A stretch of 14,787 nt of DNA from Bdellovibrionia bacterium (lineage in GTDB: Bacteria > Bdellovibrionota > UBA1018), in the NCBI GenBank assembly GCA_045805065.1, contig JBJMMA010000202.1, positions 1 through 14,787 of the forward strand, given 5' to 3'. This document shows, piece after piece, positions 1 to 8,225 of the stretch (position 1 is the stretch's first letter; each line of letters opens with the position of its first letter). The notes below the pieces were generated by a model, which did no database searches, had not been told where the DNA came from, and worked only from the letters and a program-made list of their open reading frames with translations. The translations under genes and the position numbers were made by a program.

Positions 1-749
1 ACCGTTTCCGCAATCAGACCCACCAGGTCAAACTCCTCGGTTTGCAGATGGAGCTTTTTTAGATTCAGCCGCGAGACATCGAGCATATCCTCGACAAGAT
101 GAACCAATCGCTCCACTTGTCTACCGGTTGATGCCACAAGTTTACGGGTAGTGGCAGGCTCGTAGATCTGAGCGTCACCTAAGTCAATCTTTCTCTGACT
201 GAGCTGCGTTTGAAGCCTGAGAGATGTGAGCGGAGTCTTGAGCTCATGGGATGCGATCGAGATGAACTCATCACGCATTCGGGTTGCCGCCACTTGCTTA
301 TCAAGCAGCTCTCTCACCAGATGCTGCTTCCTTCTTGCTCGCAATGCCACTTGAACCGCGCTCCGAAGCGTGATTCGGCGAAAAGGTCGTTCAAGAAGGC
401 TGATGTTTCCCGAAGGGCTGAAAGCTTCTGTGATCCGCATAATGGCCACCGTGGTGTTGCCCTTCGAGGTCATCAGAATGATCGGGATGTCAGACCAAGG
501 CGCCTGCTCTTCCAAGGCTTGGTTGAGTTGCTGGATCGCAGCAGAACTTAAAGCTTCATCTGCAATTAATAGAGTCGCGACTCGATCCGATGCGATTTCC
601 TGGCTCACTGCCTCGACGCTGGCCACGATACGGGTAGCTACCTTTTCTTCAGCCAGCGCGACAGCCATCAGAGTCGCGTCCTGCCCGGTTGGGGCCAGGA
701 TGACGATTCTCTCGTCACTACTAGGCCATGCATCAGTCAAGTTCGGCAT
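1..749 (-). CDS. Sensor histidine kinase with N-terminal degenerate (pseudo-)receiver domain and HisKA; 3' end runs off the window
   Basis: Not in the ORF track; translated by hand. ATG at 749 with GGGAG upstream. Reads MPNLTDAWPSSDERIVILAPTGQDA...WSDIPIILMTS...NISLLERPFRRITLRSAVQVALRARRKQ...RDEFISIASHELKTPLTSL...LVEDMLDVSRL and stays open to the left edge. H-box SHELKTPLT. Overlaps the end of the kaiC-like gene by 17 nt. Confidence 0.92.
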   Translation of the reverse strand, partial: MPNLTDAWPSSDERIVILAPTGQDATLMAVALAEEKVATRIVASVEAVSQEIASDRVATLLIADEALSSAAIQQLNQALEEQAPWSDIPIILMTSKGNTTVAIMRITEAFSPSGNISLLERPFRRITLRSAVQVALRARRKQHLVRELLDKQVAATRMRDEFISIASHELKTPLTSLRLQTQLSQRKIDLGDAQIYEPATTRKLVASTGRQVERLVHLVEDMLDVSRLNLKKLHLQTEEFDLVGLIAET

Positions 750-2244
750 TCACAGGACTCCCTTTAAGGTCCTGGCCGACCAATGCCGGTACCCCGGTGA
801 GGACGCCTTGGAAGTTTGTCAGAGGTTCGCCTACCGTGATTCCGCCTTTTTGGATTTTCAGCTCGCGAATCGTCGTCTCATGCATTCCGCCTCTTTTCTT
901 AATGACGGAAACAGCTTTTCTCACGCTGCCTACCGCTTCAAAAAAGCGGGTCACAATCACAGTGTCTGCGAGATAGGTCAGGTCAACCGGAGTCTGCATC
1001 AGGCCCATCATGCCTTGCTGTGCAAGCACAAGCAGCGTTACGACCCCTTGATTCCCCAAGAAAGCCAAGAGTTCGTGAAGCTGAAGGGTCAAGAACTCTT
1101 CCTGCGGCATAGCATGAAGATAACCATTCAAGCTATCGATCGAAACGACTTTAAGGTTTTCTTGAAGGACGCGAGTACGAATCAAATCCGCAAATTCTCC
1201 AGGCGAAAGTTCAGCAGGATCTATTTTCTGAATATGAAGCATGCCCGACTTGATATGCTTTTGAAGATCCATGCCCAGAGCTTCGGTGCGAGCCAACATC
1301 GTTTGAAGACTTTCCTCAAAAGCGTAGATGGCAGCCTTCTCGCCACGTTCAGCGGCAGCGTATGCAAACTGAATAGCCAGAGTCGACTTACCCGTGCCGG
1401 CAGGACCCATGAACAGACTGCTAGTGCCTGGATCAAGCCCACCCCCCAGCAAAGCATCGAGGTGAGGAATGCCGCTCGATGCCGGAGTTTCCCGAGTGTA
1501 GTCCCCCATATGGTCCGATGCGATCATTCGCGGGAACACCTTGAGTCCTCCCTTTCGAATCACATAATCGTGGTTGCCCCCGGTAAATTGGACGCCACGT
1601 AATTTTACGATGGAAATGCGACGCCTTTCGTCTCCGAACTCAGGGTGCAGTTTTTGAAGCTGGATCACGCCATGCACAATGCTTTGCACCTGAAGGTCGC
1701 GTGGAGCAGCAGTCAGATCATCCAAGAACAAGACAGTGCATGCTCTTTTGGAAAAGATCTGCTTGAGCGCCAAAATCTGGCGGCGGTAATTGAAAGCTGT
1801 CTCGGCCAGCATCCGCAATTCGGTCACCGAATCAAAAACTACGCGGCGAGGCTGCACGCGATCAATTTCATCGAGAACCAGACGCACGGTCTGATTCATC
1901 TCGACTTCGGAGGAATGGAAAACTGTATTTTGGGATTCAGGCTGAAGCTGATGCTCAATGGTCGAGAGATCAAAGAATTCGAGAGAACTGATGTCCCAGC
2001 CATGCGAATCGGAGACCGAACGCAGCTCGGTCTGAGTTTCAGAAAAGGTGATGTACAAACACTTTTCTCCAGACCTTGCGCCTTCGAGCAAGAACTGAAG
2101 AGCCAGAGTCGTCTTGCCCGTTCCCGGTTCACCTTGAACCAGATAGAGCCGGTCGCTCGGAAATCCCCCACCTAGAATCGTATCCAGACCGCCAATACCT
2201 GTTGCACTCAGCCCAGCTGGGCCTGACATCGTTTTCTTGCTCAT
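733..2244 (-). CDS. kaiC: KaiC-like double-domain RecA-superfamily ATPase
   Basis: Two RecA-type domains with Walker A GEPGTGKT and GPAGTGKS, catalytic-region motifs ITFSET and AFEES, Walker B VVFDS and VSIDS, and Arg-finger motifs IVKLRG and VIKKRG. Start placed at ATG 2244 because GAGGT lies 6 nt upstream; the ORF track uses GTG 2250. Confidence 0.93.
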   Translation of the reverse strand: MSKKTMSGPAGLSATGIGGLDTILGGGFPSDRLYLVQGEPGTGKTTLALQFLLEGARSGEKCLYITFSETQTELRSVSDSHGWDISSLEFFDLSTIEHQLQPESQNTVFHSSEVEMNQTVRLVLDEIDRVQPRRVVFDSVTELRMLAETAFNYRRQILALKQIFSKRACTVLFLDDLTAAPRDLQVQSIVHGVIQLQKLHPEFGDERRRISIVKLRGVQFTGGNHDYVIRKGGLKVFPRMIASDHMGDYTRETPASSGIPHLDALLGGGLDPGTSSLFMGPAGTGKSTLAIQFAYAAAERGEKAAIYAFEESLQTMLARTEALGMDLQKHIKSGMLHIQKIDPAELSPGEFADLIRTRVLQENLKVVSIDSLNGYLHAMPQEEFLTLQLHELLAFLGNQGVVTLLVLAQQGMMGLMQTPVDLTYLADTVIVTRFFEAVGSVRKAVSVIKKRGGMHETTIRELKIQKGGITVGEPLTNFQGVLTGVPALVGQDLKGSPVNAELD

Positions 2245-2419
2245 TCCCACACCTCAGAATGCCTCGATGTATCACAAAAACCCCGGCTACACTATGTGAT
2301 CTGTAGCCGCTTAAAGATAAAAACCAATCGTTTCCACGGTCCCTAATCCGGGCCAAAGCTTGCTCATGGTAGGTTTGAACATGCTCTTGCTCTTCAGGGC
2401 GCACTCACTTCTAAAACGA

Positions 2420-2881
2420 CTATAGGCTGACAGGAATCCCGTCTGAAGAGTCGGCTCGGTCAGCCGTAGCGCGAGACAACGCAAAGTTTGCCATCTCATC
2501 GTCTCCCTGACCGCAGTACTGCTGCACGACTTCCATCAGTGCATCCAGGCTCACTGGTTTCTTGATGTACCCCACGGCTTTTTCAACTGCTTTTGTATCG
2601 GCAAGCGCGGTCTTCGCAGGAAGGGCAGAAATCACAACAACTGGAAGCGAGGCAAACACTGTGTCAGCCTTTTGCTTTTCAAGGAACTCCCAGCCAGTCA
2701 ACGTAGGCATCATGAGATCCAGTAGGATCAGGCAAGGGCCAGGTATCTTTTCAAGAAGCAAAACTGCTTCGGCGCCATTGGCGGCGCTCGACACCGGATA
2801 ACCCTCGACTTCGAGAACTTGAACGATTGCTTCGCGGATGTCTCGATCGTCTTCGACTACCAAAATGCTTTTACAACGCAT
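2420..2881 (-). CDS. Single-domain CheY-like response regulator with a ~30-aa C-terminal tail
   Basis: ILVVEDD acidic pocket, ILLDLMMP phosphoacceptor Asp, VVVISA, YIKKPV. GAGG ribosome-binding site upstream of ATG 2881. Confidence 0.93.
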   Translation of the reverse strand: MRCKSILVVEDDRDIREAIVQVLEVEGYPVSSAANGAEAVLLLEKIPGPCLILLDLMMPTLTGWEFLEKQKADTVFASLPVVVISALPAKTALADTKAVEKAVGYIKKPVSLDALMEVVQQYCGQGDDEMANFALSRATADRADSSDGIPVSL

Positions 2882-3016
2882 GAAGAAAGTCCTCTGGTGA
2901 AAAGAAAATAAAAGCAGATGAAACCGAACTGCACGCTAGGCGAACTGGGATGAGCGGTCAACAACGAAAACACTGACGCAGTATCTCTAGGCTAAGAAAA
3001 AAACAGCGTGAGATTC

Positions 3017-3040
3017 TTTCGTTTGCAAATTGCAACGAAA
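3017..3040. promoter_or_regulatory. Near-perfect dyad, candidate operator upstream of the receiver/kaiC-like/kinase module
   Basis: TTTCGTTTGCAA-A-TTGCAACGAAA. The arms are reverse complements apart from one extra T, and the site is intergenic. Confidence 0.4.
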
Positions 3041-3085
3041 CAAGATTTTCCGACAGGTCGCAAACTGGCTGAAACCGTAGGCCTC

Positions 3086-4822
3086 TCACAACTCCTCGGA
3101 AAAGACCTTTTCAGTAATCTTCCAAAACTTATCCTGCTTACGCGCAATCACAAACGCAGGTAACCGAAAAAGATGCTGAGACTTGATCACGTCCTGAGGC
3201 GTCTTGATTTCGAAAGCAAGCTCAGGGCGCTTCAGATGAGAGCGAAGAAAGTTGATATTGAACTTCTTGACGGACGATGGATTGCTGAAAAAATGGGCCT
3301 CACTCACGTACTGAGCGTCGTAGTCATAATAGCGAATTTCAAGATAAGGCTTCGAATTCTTATCCAGGCGCTCATCAAAGGTGATTCGGTCTGGAGTCAG
3401 GACATGGGAGTTTTTTGAGAGCTTGGCTTGCTTTAACTTTGCGTCAGCATCAATCAACGTCGCATCGCATTTTTCGCAAGCCTTTGCCGTGATGTCGTTT
3501 TCAGCGCCACAGCTATGACAAAGCTTCAGGCGAAACCGATAACCACAAGGCGTAATTTCATAGGTCTGTGGATCCTGAAAAGCCCCCCGGCACTTTCTTC
3601 CGAAGTGCTCAATGACTTCTCCGTCATCATCGGCATATCCCCAAAAGATATTGTCAAACCCGCATTGAGGACAGGGCACGTTCACTTGCACAGTATCTTT
3701 TGCAGGGCGCTTGTCGCTGATTTCTGGGGCGTAGATATCGTGCCCCATCCCCGTGTAATCGAGGATATAGCAATCCTTCTTCTCGTCTGAAAGACGCAGA
3801 CCCCGGCCGACAATCTGCTGATAAAGGCTATTGGACTCCGTCGGACGCAAAATCGCGATTACATCCACATGAGGCGCATCAAATCCGGTCGTCAGGACTG
3901 AGACATTGACCAGATATTTGAATTTCTTCTTTTTGAAATCCTGAACGGTCTGATCGCGCGCGGACATCTCGGTGTCACCTAAGACCAGGCGCGCCTGCCC
4001 CTCCGGGAGATACGACATGATTTCTTCGGCGTGCCGGACGGAGCTGCTGAAGATCATCACACCCTGTCGGTGAAAGCGCTCGGTGATATCGATGATGTTT
4101 TTAATGATCAGCGGAGTCAGGCGCTTTTGGCTTTTGAGAATCTCCTCAACCTCTGCCACCGTATACATCCGCCCACTCTCGCTCAGCTCTGAGAAGTCAT
4201 AACTTGTAACCGGGATATCCACCTTTACGGGCACGGTGAGATAGCGGTTTTTGATCATATACGAGAGTGGAAGCTCATAGACGCATTGTTTGAAAAAACG
4301 GGGCTGATCCGTTTTGATCTCGCCCGTCTGCGAAAACTCATAAATCCAACCCAAGCCCAGCCGATAAGGAGTCGCTGTAAGCCCTAGGATGCAAAGACCG
4401 GGGTTGCGGGCCTGAAGCTTTTTGATGACTTCCTGATATTGAGTCGACCCCTCATCCGCCACACGGTGGCACTCATCAATGATCAGAAGGGAGAAGTCTT
4501 CAAAAAACTCATCTGAAGCACGCGCAATGGACTGAACGTTTCCAAAAATGGCTTTCTGATCTCGATCTTTTTTGCCAAGGCTTGCTGAAAAGATTCCGGC
4601 CGAAAGTCCGTAACTGACGTACTTTTCGTAGTTCTGCTCGACAAGCTCTTTCACATGAGCCAGCACCAGAACACGACCCTTGGCGATACGGGCAAGCTCA
4701 GCAATCACCAAGCTTTTTCCTGCACCAGTTGGCAGAACCACTACCGCTGGAGCGCGCTTTTTCTTGAAGTATTTGACGACCTGATCGACAGCCGTCTGTT
4801 GATAGTCTCGCAGCTTGTACAT
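3086..4822 (-). CDS. radD: RadD/YejH-family SF2 DNA repair helicase with C-terminal zinc-finger region
   Basis: LRDYQ Q-motif, [45 protein letters not shown] and Cys motifs CPQC, CHSC, CEKC. At 578 aa it closely resembles E. coli RadD as I recall it. Confidence 0.92.
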   Translation of the reverse strand: MYKLRDYQQTAVDQVVKYFKKKRAPAVVVLPTGAGKSLVIAELARIAKGRVLVLAHVKELVEQNYEKYVSYGLSAGIFSASLGKKDRDQKAIFGNVQSIARASDEFFEDFSLLIIDECHRVADEGSTQYQEVIKKLQARNPGLCILGLTATPYRLGLGWIYEFSQTGEIKTDQPRFFKQCVYELPLSYMIKNRYLTVPVKVDIPVTSYDFSELSESGRMYTVAEVEEILKSQKRLTPLIIKNIIDITERFHRQGVMIFSSSVRHAEEIMSYLPEGQARLVLGDTEMSARDQTVQDFKKKKFKYLVNVSVLTTGFDAPHVDVIAILRPTESNSLYQQIVGRGLRLSDEKKDCYILDYTGMGHDIYAPEISDKRPAKDTVQVNVPCPQCGFDNIFWGYADDDGEVIEHFGRKCRGAFQDPQTYEITPCGYRFRLKLCHSCGAENDITAKACEKCDATLIDADAKLKQAKLSKNSHVLTPDRITFDERLDKNSKPYLEIRYYDYDAQYVSEAHFFSNPSSVKKFNINFLRSHLKRPELAFEIKTPQDVIKSQHLFRLPAFVIARKQDKFWKITEKVFSEEL

Positions 4823-4860
4823 TGAATCTAGGCTAAGGTACTACATCCTGATTCAATGTA
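4818..4860 (-). promoter_or_regulatory. Perfect 11-bp inverted repeat overlapping the radD start codon
   Basis: TACATTGAATC (4818-4828) and GATTCAATGTA (4850-4860) with a 21-nt spacer. One arm contains the radD ATG at 4822-4820. Confidence 0.5.
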
Positions 4861-4911
4861 AAAACTCTTTGTAGCGCCCAGTAGCGCTCGATCGCACTCT
4901 GGGGCGGCCGT

Positions 4912-5307
4912 CTAATGGCGCCTAGAGAAAAGAGGCCGAATCACATTCCGGTAAGGTGCCGCAAAGAACGCCAGGTAGATCTCAAGCGCTCCAAGAACGA
5001 TCACGAGAGGCAATCCGCTCGGAATCATGAAGGCGTTGACCAGAAAAATGTTCAAGAGGATTGGTGCCAGTACCACGAGCGCCAGAGGGACATACATTCC
5101 GGTCAGTAAAAGAAGACCACAAACCGTTTCCGCGCTCTTCAAGAACGGAAAGAAGTAACCGGAAGCCGACATTCCGGCAATGAAGGTCTTCATGCTTTCT
5201 GGAAGATCGGGAGGAGCCTGCATCCCTTTGATCAGTCCAAAGAGGCCTGCGCCAAAAAAAACAAATCCCAATATCATCCGAGCGATCAAAGGCAGCTTCT
5301 TGCGCAT
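4912..5307 (-). CDS. DoxX-like small membrane protein (131 aa)
   Basis: ATG 5307 preceded by AAGGAG. ARMILGFVFFGAGL...SGYFFPFLKSAETVCGLLLLTGMYVPLALVVLAPILLNIFL, about 4 hydrophobic segments, matching the DoxX pattern. Confidence 0.82.
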   Translation of the reverse strand: MRKKLPLIARMILGFVFFGAGLFGLIKGMQAPPDLPESMKTFIAGMSASGYFFPFLKSAETVCGLLLLTGMYVPLALVVLAPILLNIFLVNAFMIPSGLPLVIVLGALEIYLAFFAAPYRNVIRPLFSRRH

Positions 5308-5390
5308 TTTATGTCTCCTTGAGAACAGATTGTGAGCAGATTGTCTCTCAGCGGTCGGCAATCACAAAACAGAAAAATCAGCTGCGCCAA

Positions 5391-6581
5391 TTATGAAGCT
5401 CTGACCACCTCAGGCTCAAGCTTCCTAAGCTCCGTGGAAGAAAAGAGCGCCAAGCCAAGGAATGGCACTCCCAACGCCAGAACAACAAGCCCCGAGCCAG
5501 TGCCGTAAGCAATCATTGGAATCGCAAGTGTCCCGCCAATAATCCGGCCGGTCATTTGAACCATCATGGAAAAACCATAAACCGATCCCTGAGCGCGCGT
5601 TTTTGGAAGAGTCTGAAGAATAACCACCTGAGAGAGCGAGCCGAAAACAATCTCGCCCAAAGTGGTGAGAAACATTCCTCCGTAGATCATCGCGCGGGTG
5701 GCGAATCCAGATTCACTGCCTGCGGCCTCAAGCGCGACCGCAGCCCCGAGCATCTGCAGGAACAATCCCAGCGGCAGAACTCGGGCTGGATTTTTGAACA
5801 TTCTGGCCGCATGGACCGAAAAGAGCGCGCAAAGCACCGTATTGATCACCATGCTCAGGGAAAATATCCTCACGCCTTCAGGGCCAAAAGCAATTCGGTA
5901 CTTGGCAGCCGCGCCTGTCAGGAAGAACTCGTAAACGAGACTGAAGCCAGCAACGATCAAGGTACAACGAGCAAAAGTTCCCCAGGGCGCCCCCTCTTGC
6001 TCTTCCGGATTTACTCCCAGCGCGACAACTGCAGGCTTATGCTCGGGAAGCCATTTCATCCCACAGACCACGGCCAGGAGTGAGGTTATTGCGTCAAAAT
6101 AAATGAGCAAGGCAGTCCCCAAGGACGCGAATACGCTTCCAATGGAAAAGCTGACGATCTGACCCGCGTTATTTCCCGTGCGCAGCCACGCAATCGCTTC
6201 TTTAACCTGGTTTTTTTCCACCATCTCTGTGAGCAAAAGGCGCGCAGGCGAATGAAAGAGATTGTTTCCAAGCTGCGCCAGCATGGCAAAGGCAGCAAGT
6301 AGCAGCACGGATTTAACGGAGGCCATCCCAAAAAGACCCACAGCTGAAAACCCAAACGATACCAGAAGAACTTTCTTCATCCCCAGGCGATCAGAAGCCA
6401 CTCCCCCAAGAAACGCCGCAACAAGCGCCATTGCCTTGGTTAAACCCATAATGAGCGATGCCTCACCGATTGCGACCTGACGCTCAACAAGCAGTACGGG
6501 CAGAAGACTGAGCCCGATAGTACCCACTTTATTGACAAACGAAGTTGCAGTCAGAGGCAGGCTGGCACGGAATGCTTTCAT
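5391..6581 (-). CDS. Major facilitator superfamily transporter
   Basis: 396 aa with about 12 hydrophobic segments, MFS motif A (GVASDRLGMKK) after TM2, and a central hydrophilic loop. Confidence 0.9.
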   Translation of the reverse strand: MKAFRASLPLTATSFVNKVGTIGLSLLPVLLVERQVAIGEASLIMGLTKAMALVAAFLGGVASDRLGMKKVLLVSFGFSAVGLFGMASVKSVLLLAAFAMLAQLGNNLFHSPARLLLTEMVEKNQVKEAIAWLRTGNNAGQIVSFSIGSVFASLGTALLIYFDAITSLLAVVCGMKWLPEHKPAVVALGVNPEEQEGAPWGTFARCTLIVAGFSLVYEFFLTGAAAKYRIAFGPEGVRIFSLSMVINTVLCALFSVHAARMFKNPARVLPLGLFLQMLGAAVALEAAGSESGFATRAMIYGGMFLTTLGEIVFGSLSQVVILQTLPKTRAQGSVYGFSMMVQMTGRIIGGTLAIPMIAYGTGSGLVVLALGVPFLGLALFSSTELRKLEPEVVRAS

Positions 6582-6768
6582 CGTTATTCCAGTTTACTCA
6601 CCGTGCATCAGAAGCCAACTTCCAAACAAAAAACTCTCATTGCACAGCGGCATTTCAATCAAAAACTTTGCGATTTCCTTAAAACGATGTTTTGTTCACG
6701 GAACACTCGTGGATTTCCACGACTACGTCCAATCAGGGACATCCGACAACAGGAGATACAAAGATTGT

Positions 6769-7740
6769 ATGAAACTTTTTAAGAGCAGTCTCATTCTCAG
6801 TATTGCCCTTACTCTTGGCTTATCTAACGCTATGGCTACGCAACATCACCGCAAAGTGAGAGCTGCATTGCCACCCAACAACTTGCACCTCATGGATAAC
6901 CCAAGCCGCGTTCAAAACATCGATGAAAAGACGTTCAACGCCATCATCGATCAGGCTCAGGCCTACTTCACGCCAGTCTTCGCAAAACATAATGCCAAGC
7001 TGACGGTCGTCAGACGCTGGAACGACAGCACAGTCAATGCTTACGCTGAACAACAAGGCAGCAACTGGCTTGTCACGATGTTCGGTGGACTTGCCCGCCG
7101 CCCTGAAATCTCCGCAGACGGATTCGCTCTCGTGATCTGCCATGAAATCGGCCATCACCTCGGTGGTTACGCTTTCATCGACGATGATTGGGCGTCGACC
7201 GAAGGAAACTCTGATTACTTCTCTACCCAAGCTTGCGCTCGCGCTCTCTGGGGCAGACCAAGCCTGGCCAACCACTACGCAATCCGCTACGCCACTCGCC
7301 TGGAGCAGCAAGCTTGCGATGCGGTCTGGAAAGACCAGAACTCCCGCGAAGTTTGCTATCGCTCGATCAATGCCGGTCAATCGCTTGCAAATCTTCTTGC
7401 TGCGATCGGTGGCGAGAAACAGCCTCACATCGAGACTCCGGATCAAACCCAGGTTTCCTCGACCTACACCGAGCACCCTGCTGCTCAGTGCCGTCTGGAC
7501 ACCTACGTTCAAGGTGCTTTGTGCGCAAAGCCATTTGACCTCAACGTGATCCCAGGCCGCGGAAACTCCGCTGGCCAAGACAGCGCTGCTGCTGAGACCG
7601 AATCCATGAAGTATACCTGCTATACTTCCCAAGGATTCCAACTGGGCTTCCGCCCACGTTGCTGGTTCAAGCCTAAGATCGAGAATCCTTTCCACAGACA
7701 GGACTCGACCGAAATGACCCCAGTTCTTTCTCAGAACTAA
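6769..7740 (+). CDS. Secreted Cys-rich HExxH zinc metalloprotease (M48/gluzincin-like), 323 aa
   Basis: ATG 6769 with AGGAGA upstream. Signal peptide MKLFKSSLILSIALTLGLSNAMA, then VNAYA, CHEIGHH (HExxH at 7141-7155), a candidate third ligand in EGNSDY, a late HP motif, and multiple Cys. Confidence 0.85.
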   Translation: MKLFKSSLILSIALTLGLSNAMATQHHRKVRAALPPNNLHLMDNPSRVQNIDEKTFNAIIDQAQAYFTPVFAKHNAKLTVVRRWNDSTVNAYAEQQGSNWLVTMFGGLARRPEISADGFALVICHEIGHHLGGYAFIDDDWASTEGNSDYFSTQACARALWGRPSLANHYAIRYATRLEQQACDAVWKDQNSREVCYRSINAGQSLANLLAAIGGEKQPHIETPDQTQVSSTYTEHPAAQCRLDTYVQGALCAKPFDLNVIPGRGNSAGQDSAAAETESMKYTCYTSQGFQLGFRPRCWFKPKIENPFHRQDSTEMTPVLSQN

Positions 7741-7753
7741 GCTGTATCGAATC

Positions 7754-7792
7754 GGCCTGGGATCTGTCTGATGACGGATCTCAGGCCTTTTT
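7754..7792 (+). terminator. Rho-independent terminator
   Basis: GGCCTGGGATCTGTC-TGAT-GACGGATCTCAGGCC forms a 15-bp stem with two G-U pairs, followed by TTTTT. It begins 13 nt after the protease stop codon. Confidence 0.9.
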
Positions 7793-7820
7793 GCATCTTA
7801 ACTTCAAGAGGATCCCATCC

Positions 7821-8201
7821 ATGCGCGCAACGTTCTCTCAAATCTTCGTTTTGCTCTTCTCCCTACTCGCTTTGTCGCCACTGCACTCATATGCAGACGA
7901 ACCCGTAAAGCTTGCGATTGAAGTCGATATCCGGGGTGGCTTCGTAGGGTTTGATACTCCTGCGTTTGCTACGGTGCGCGCGGTCATGGCAAGCCTCATT
8001 ATGGACGGAACGCTTGCGCACTGGATCACCACTTCTCGCGGCATGGAAGGTGGCGGAACCTATTGCATGCAGTTTCATCCGGAATTCATCTCTCGCAAGT
8101 CTCGCGTGCTCGCGCAGTTCCAGAACATCCATGTGAACGAAGTTTCGACTGCTTACTCAGTTCGCGAACTTGAGCGATGTGAGATTCCCGCGCTGAAATA
8201 A
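7821..8201 (+). CDS. Small exported hypothetical protein (126 aa)
   Basis: ATG 7821 with GAGG upstream. Signal peptide MRATFSQIFVLLFSLLALSPLHSYA|D. Two Cys (GMEGGGTYC and ELERC) could form a disulfide. Confidence 0.75.
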   Translation: MRATFSQIFVLLFSLLALSPLHSYADEPVKLAIEVDIRGGFVGFDTPAFATVRAVMASLIMDGTLAHWITTSRGMEGGGTYCMQFHPEFISRKSRVLAQFQNIHVNEVSTAYSVRELERCEIPALK

Positions 8202-8225
8202 CGAGCTTTTCGCCTGCGCGAGTTT

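Noticed and set aside
370..1602. 410-aa plus-strand ORF and the other plus-strand ORFs in 210..2306
   Set aside because: They lie antisense to the well-supported kinase and kaiC-like genes and show no recognisable motifs.
733..2244. A true circadian clock locus
   Set aside because: No kaiA or kaiB in the window, altered phosphosites and no evident KaiA-binding tail. Only KaiC-like is supported.
2311..2499. 62-aa minus-strand ORF, or a separate peptide from the receiver tail (MANFALSR...)
   Set aside because: It overlaps the receiver gene, its GGAG is only 3 nt from the ATG, and it has no recognisable features. The tail Met is simply in frame with the receiver.
4875..4906. GC-rich imperfect hairpin after the DoxX-like gene as a terminator
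   Set aside because: The stem is interrupted and the U-tract is not adjacent.
6532..6768. N-terminal extension of the protease ORF, and similar extensions at 5308-5361, 7791-7820 and 14526-14624
   Set aside because: Downstream ATGs have ribosome-binding sites and place the signal or TM segments at the N-terminus. Some extensions overlap neighbouring genes or the terminator.
6820..7695. 291-aa antisense ORF
   Set aside because: It is a shadow of the protease gene, explained by codon bias, with no motifs.
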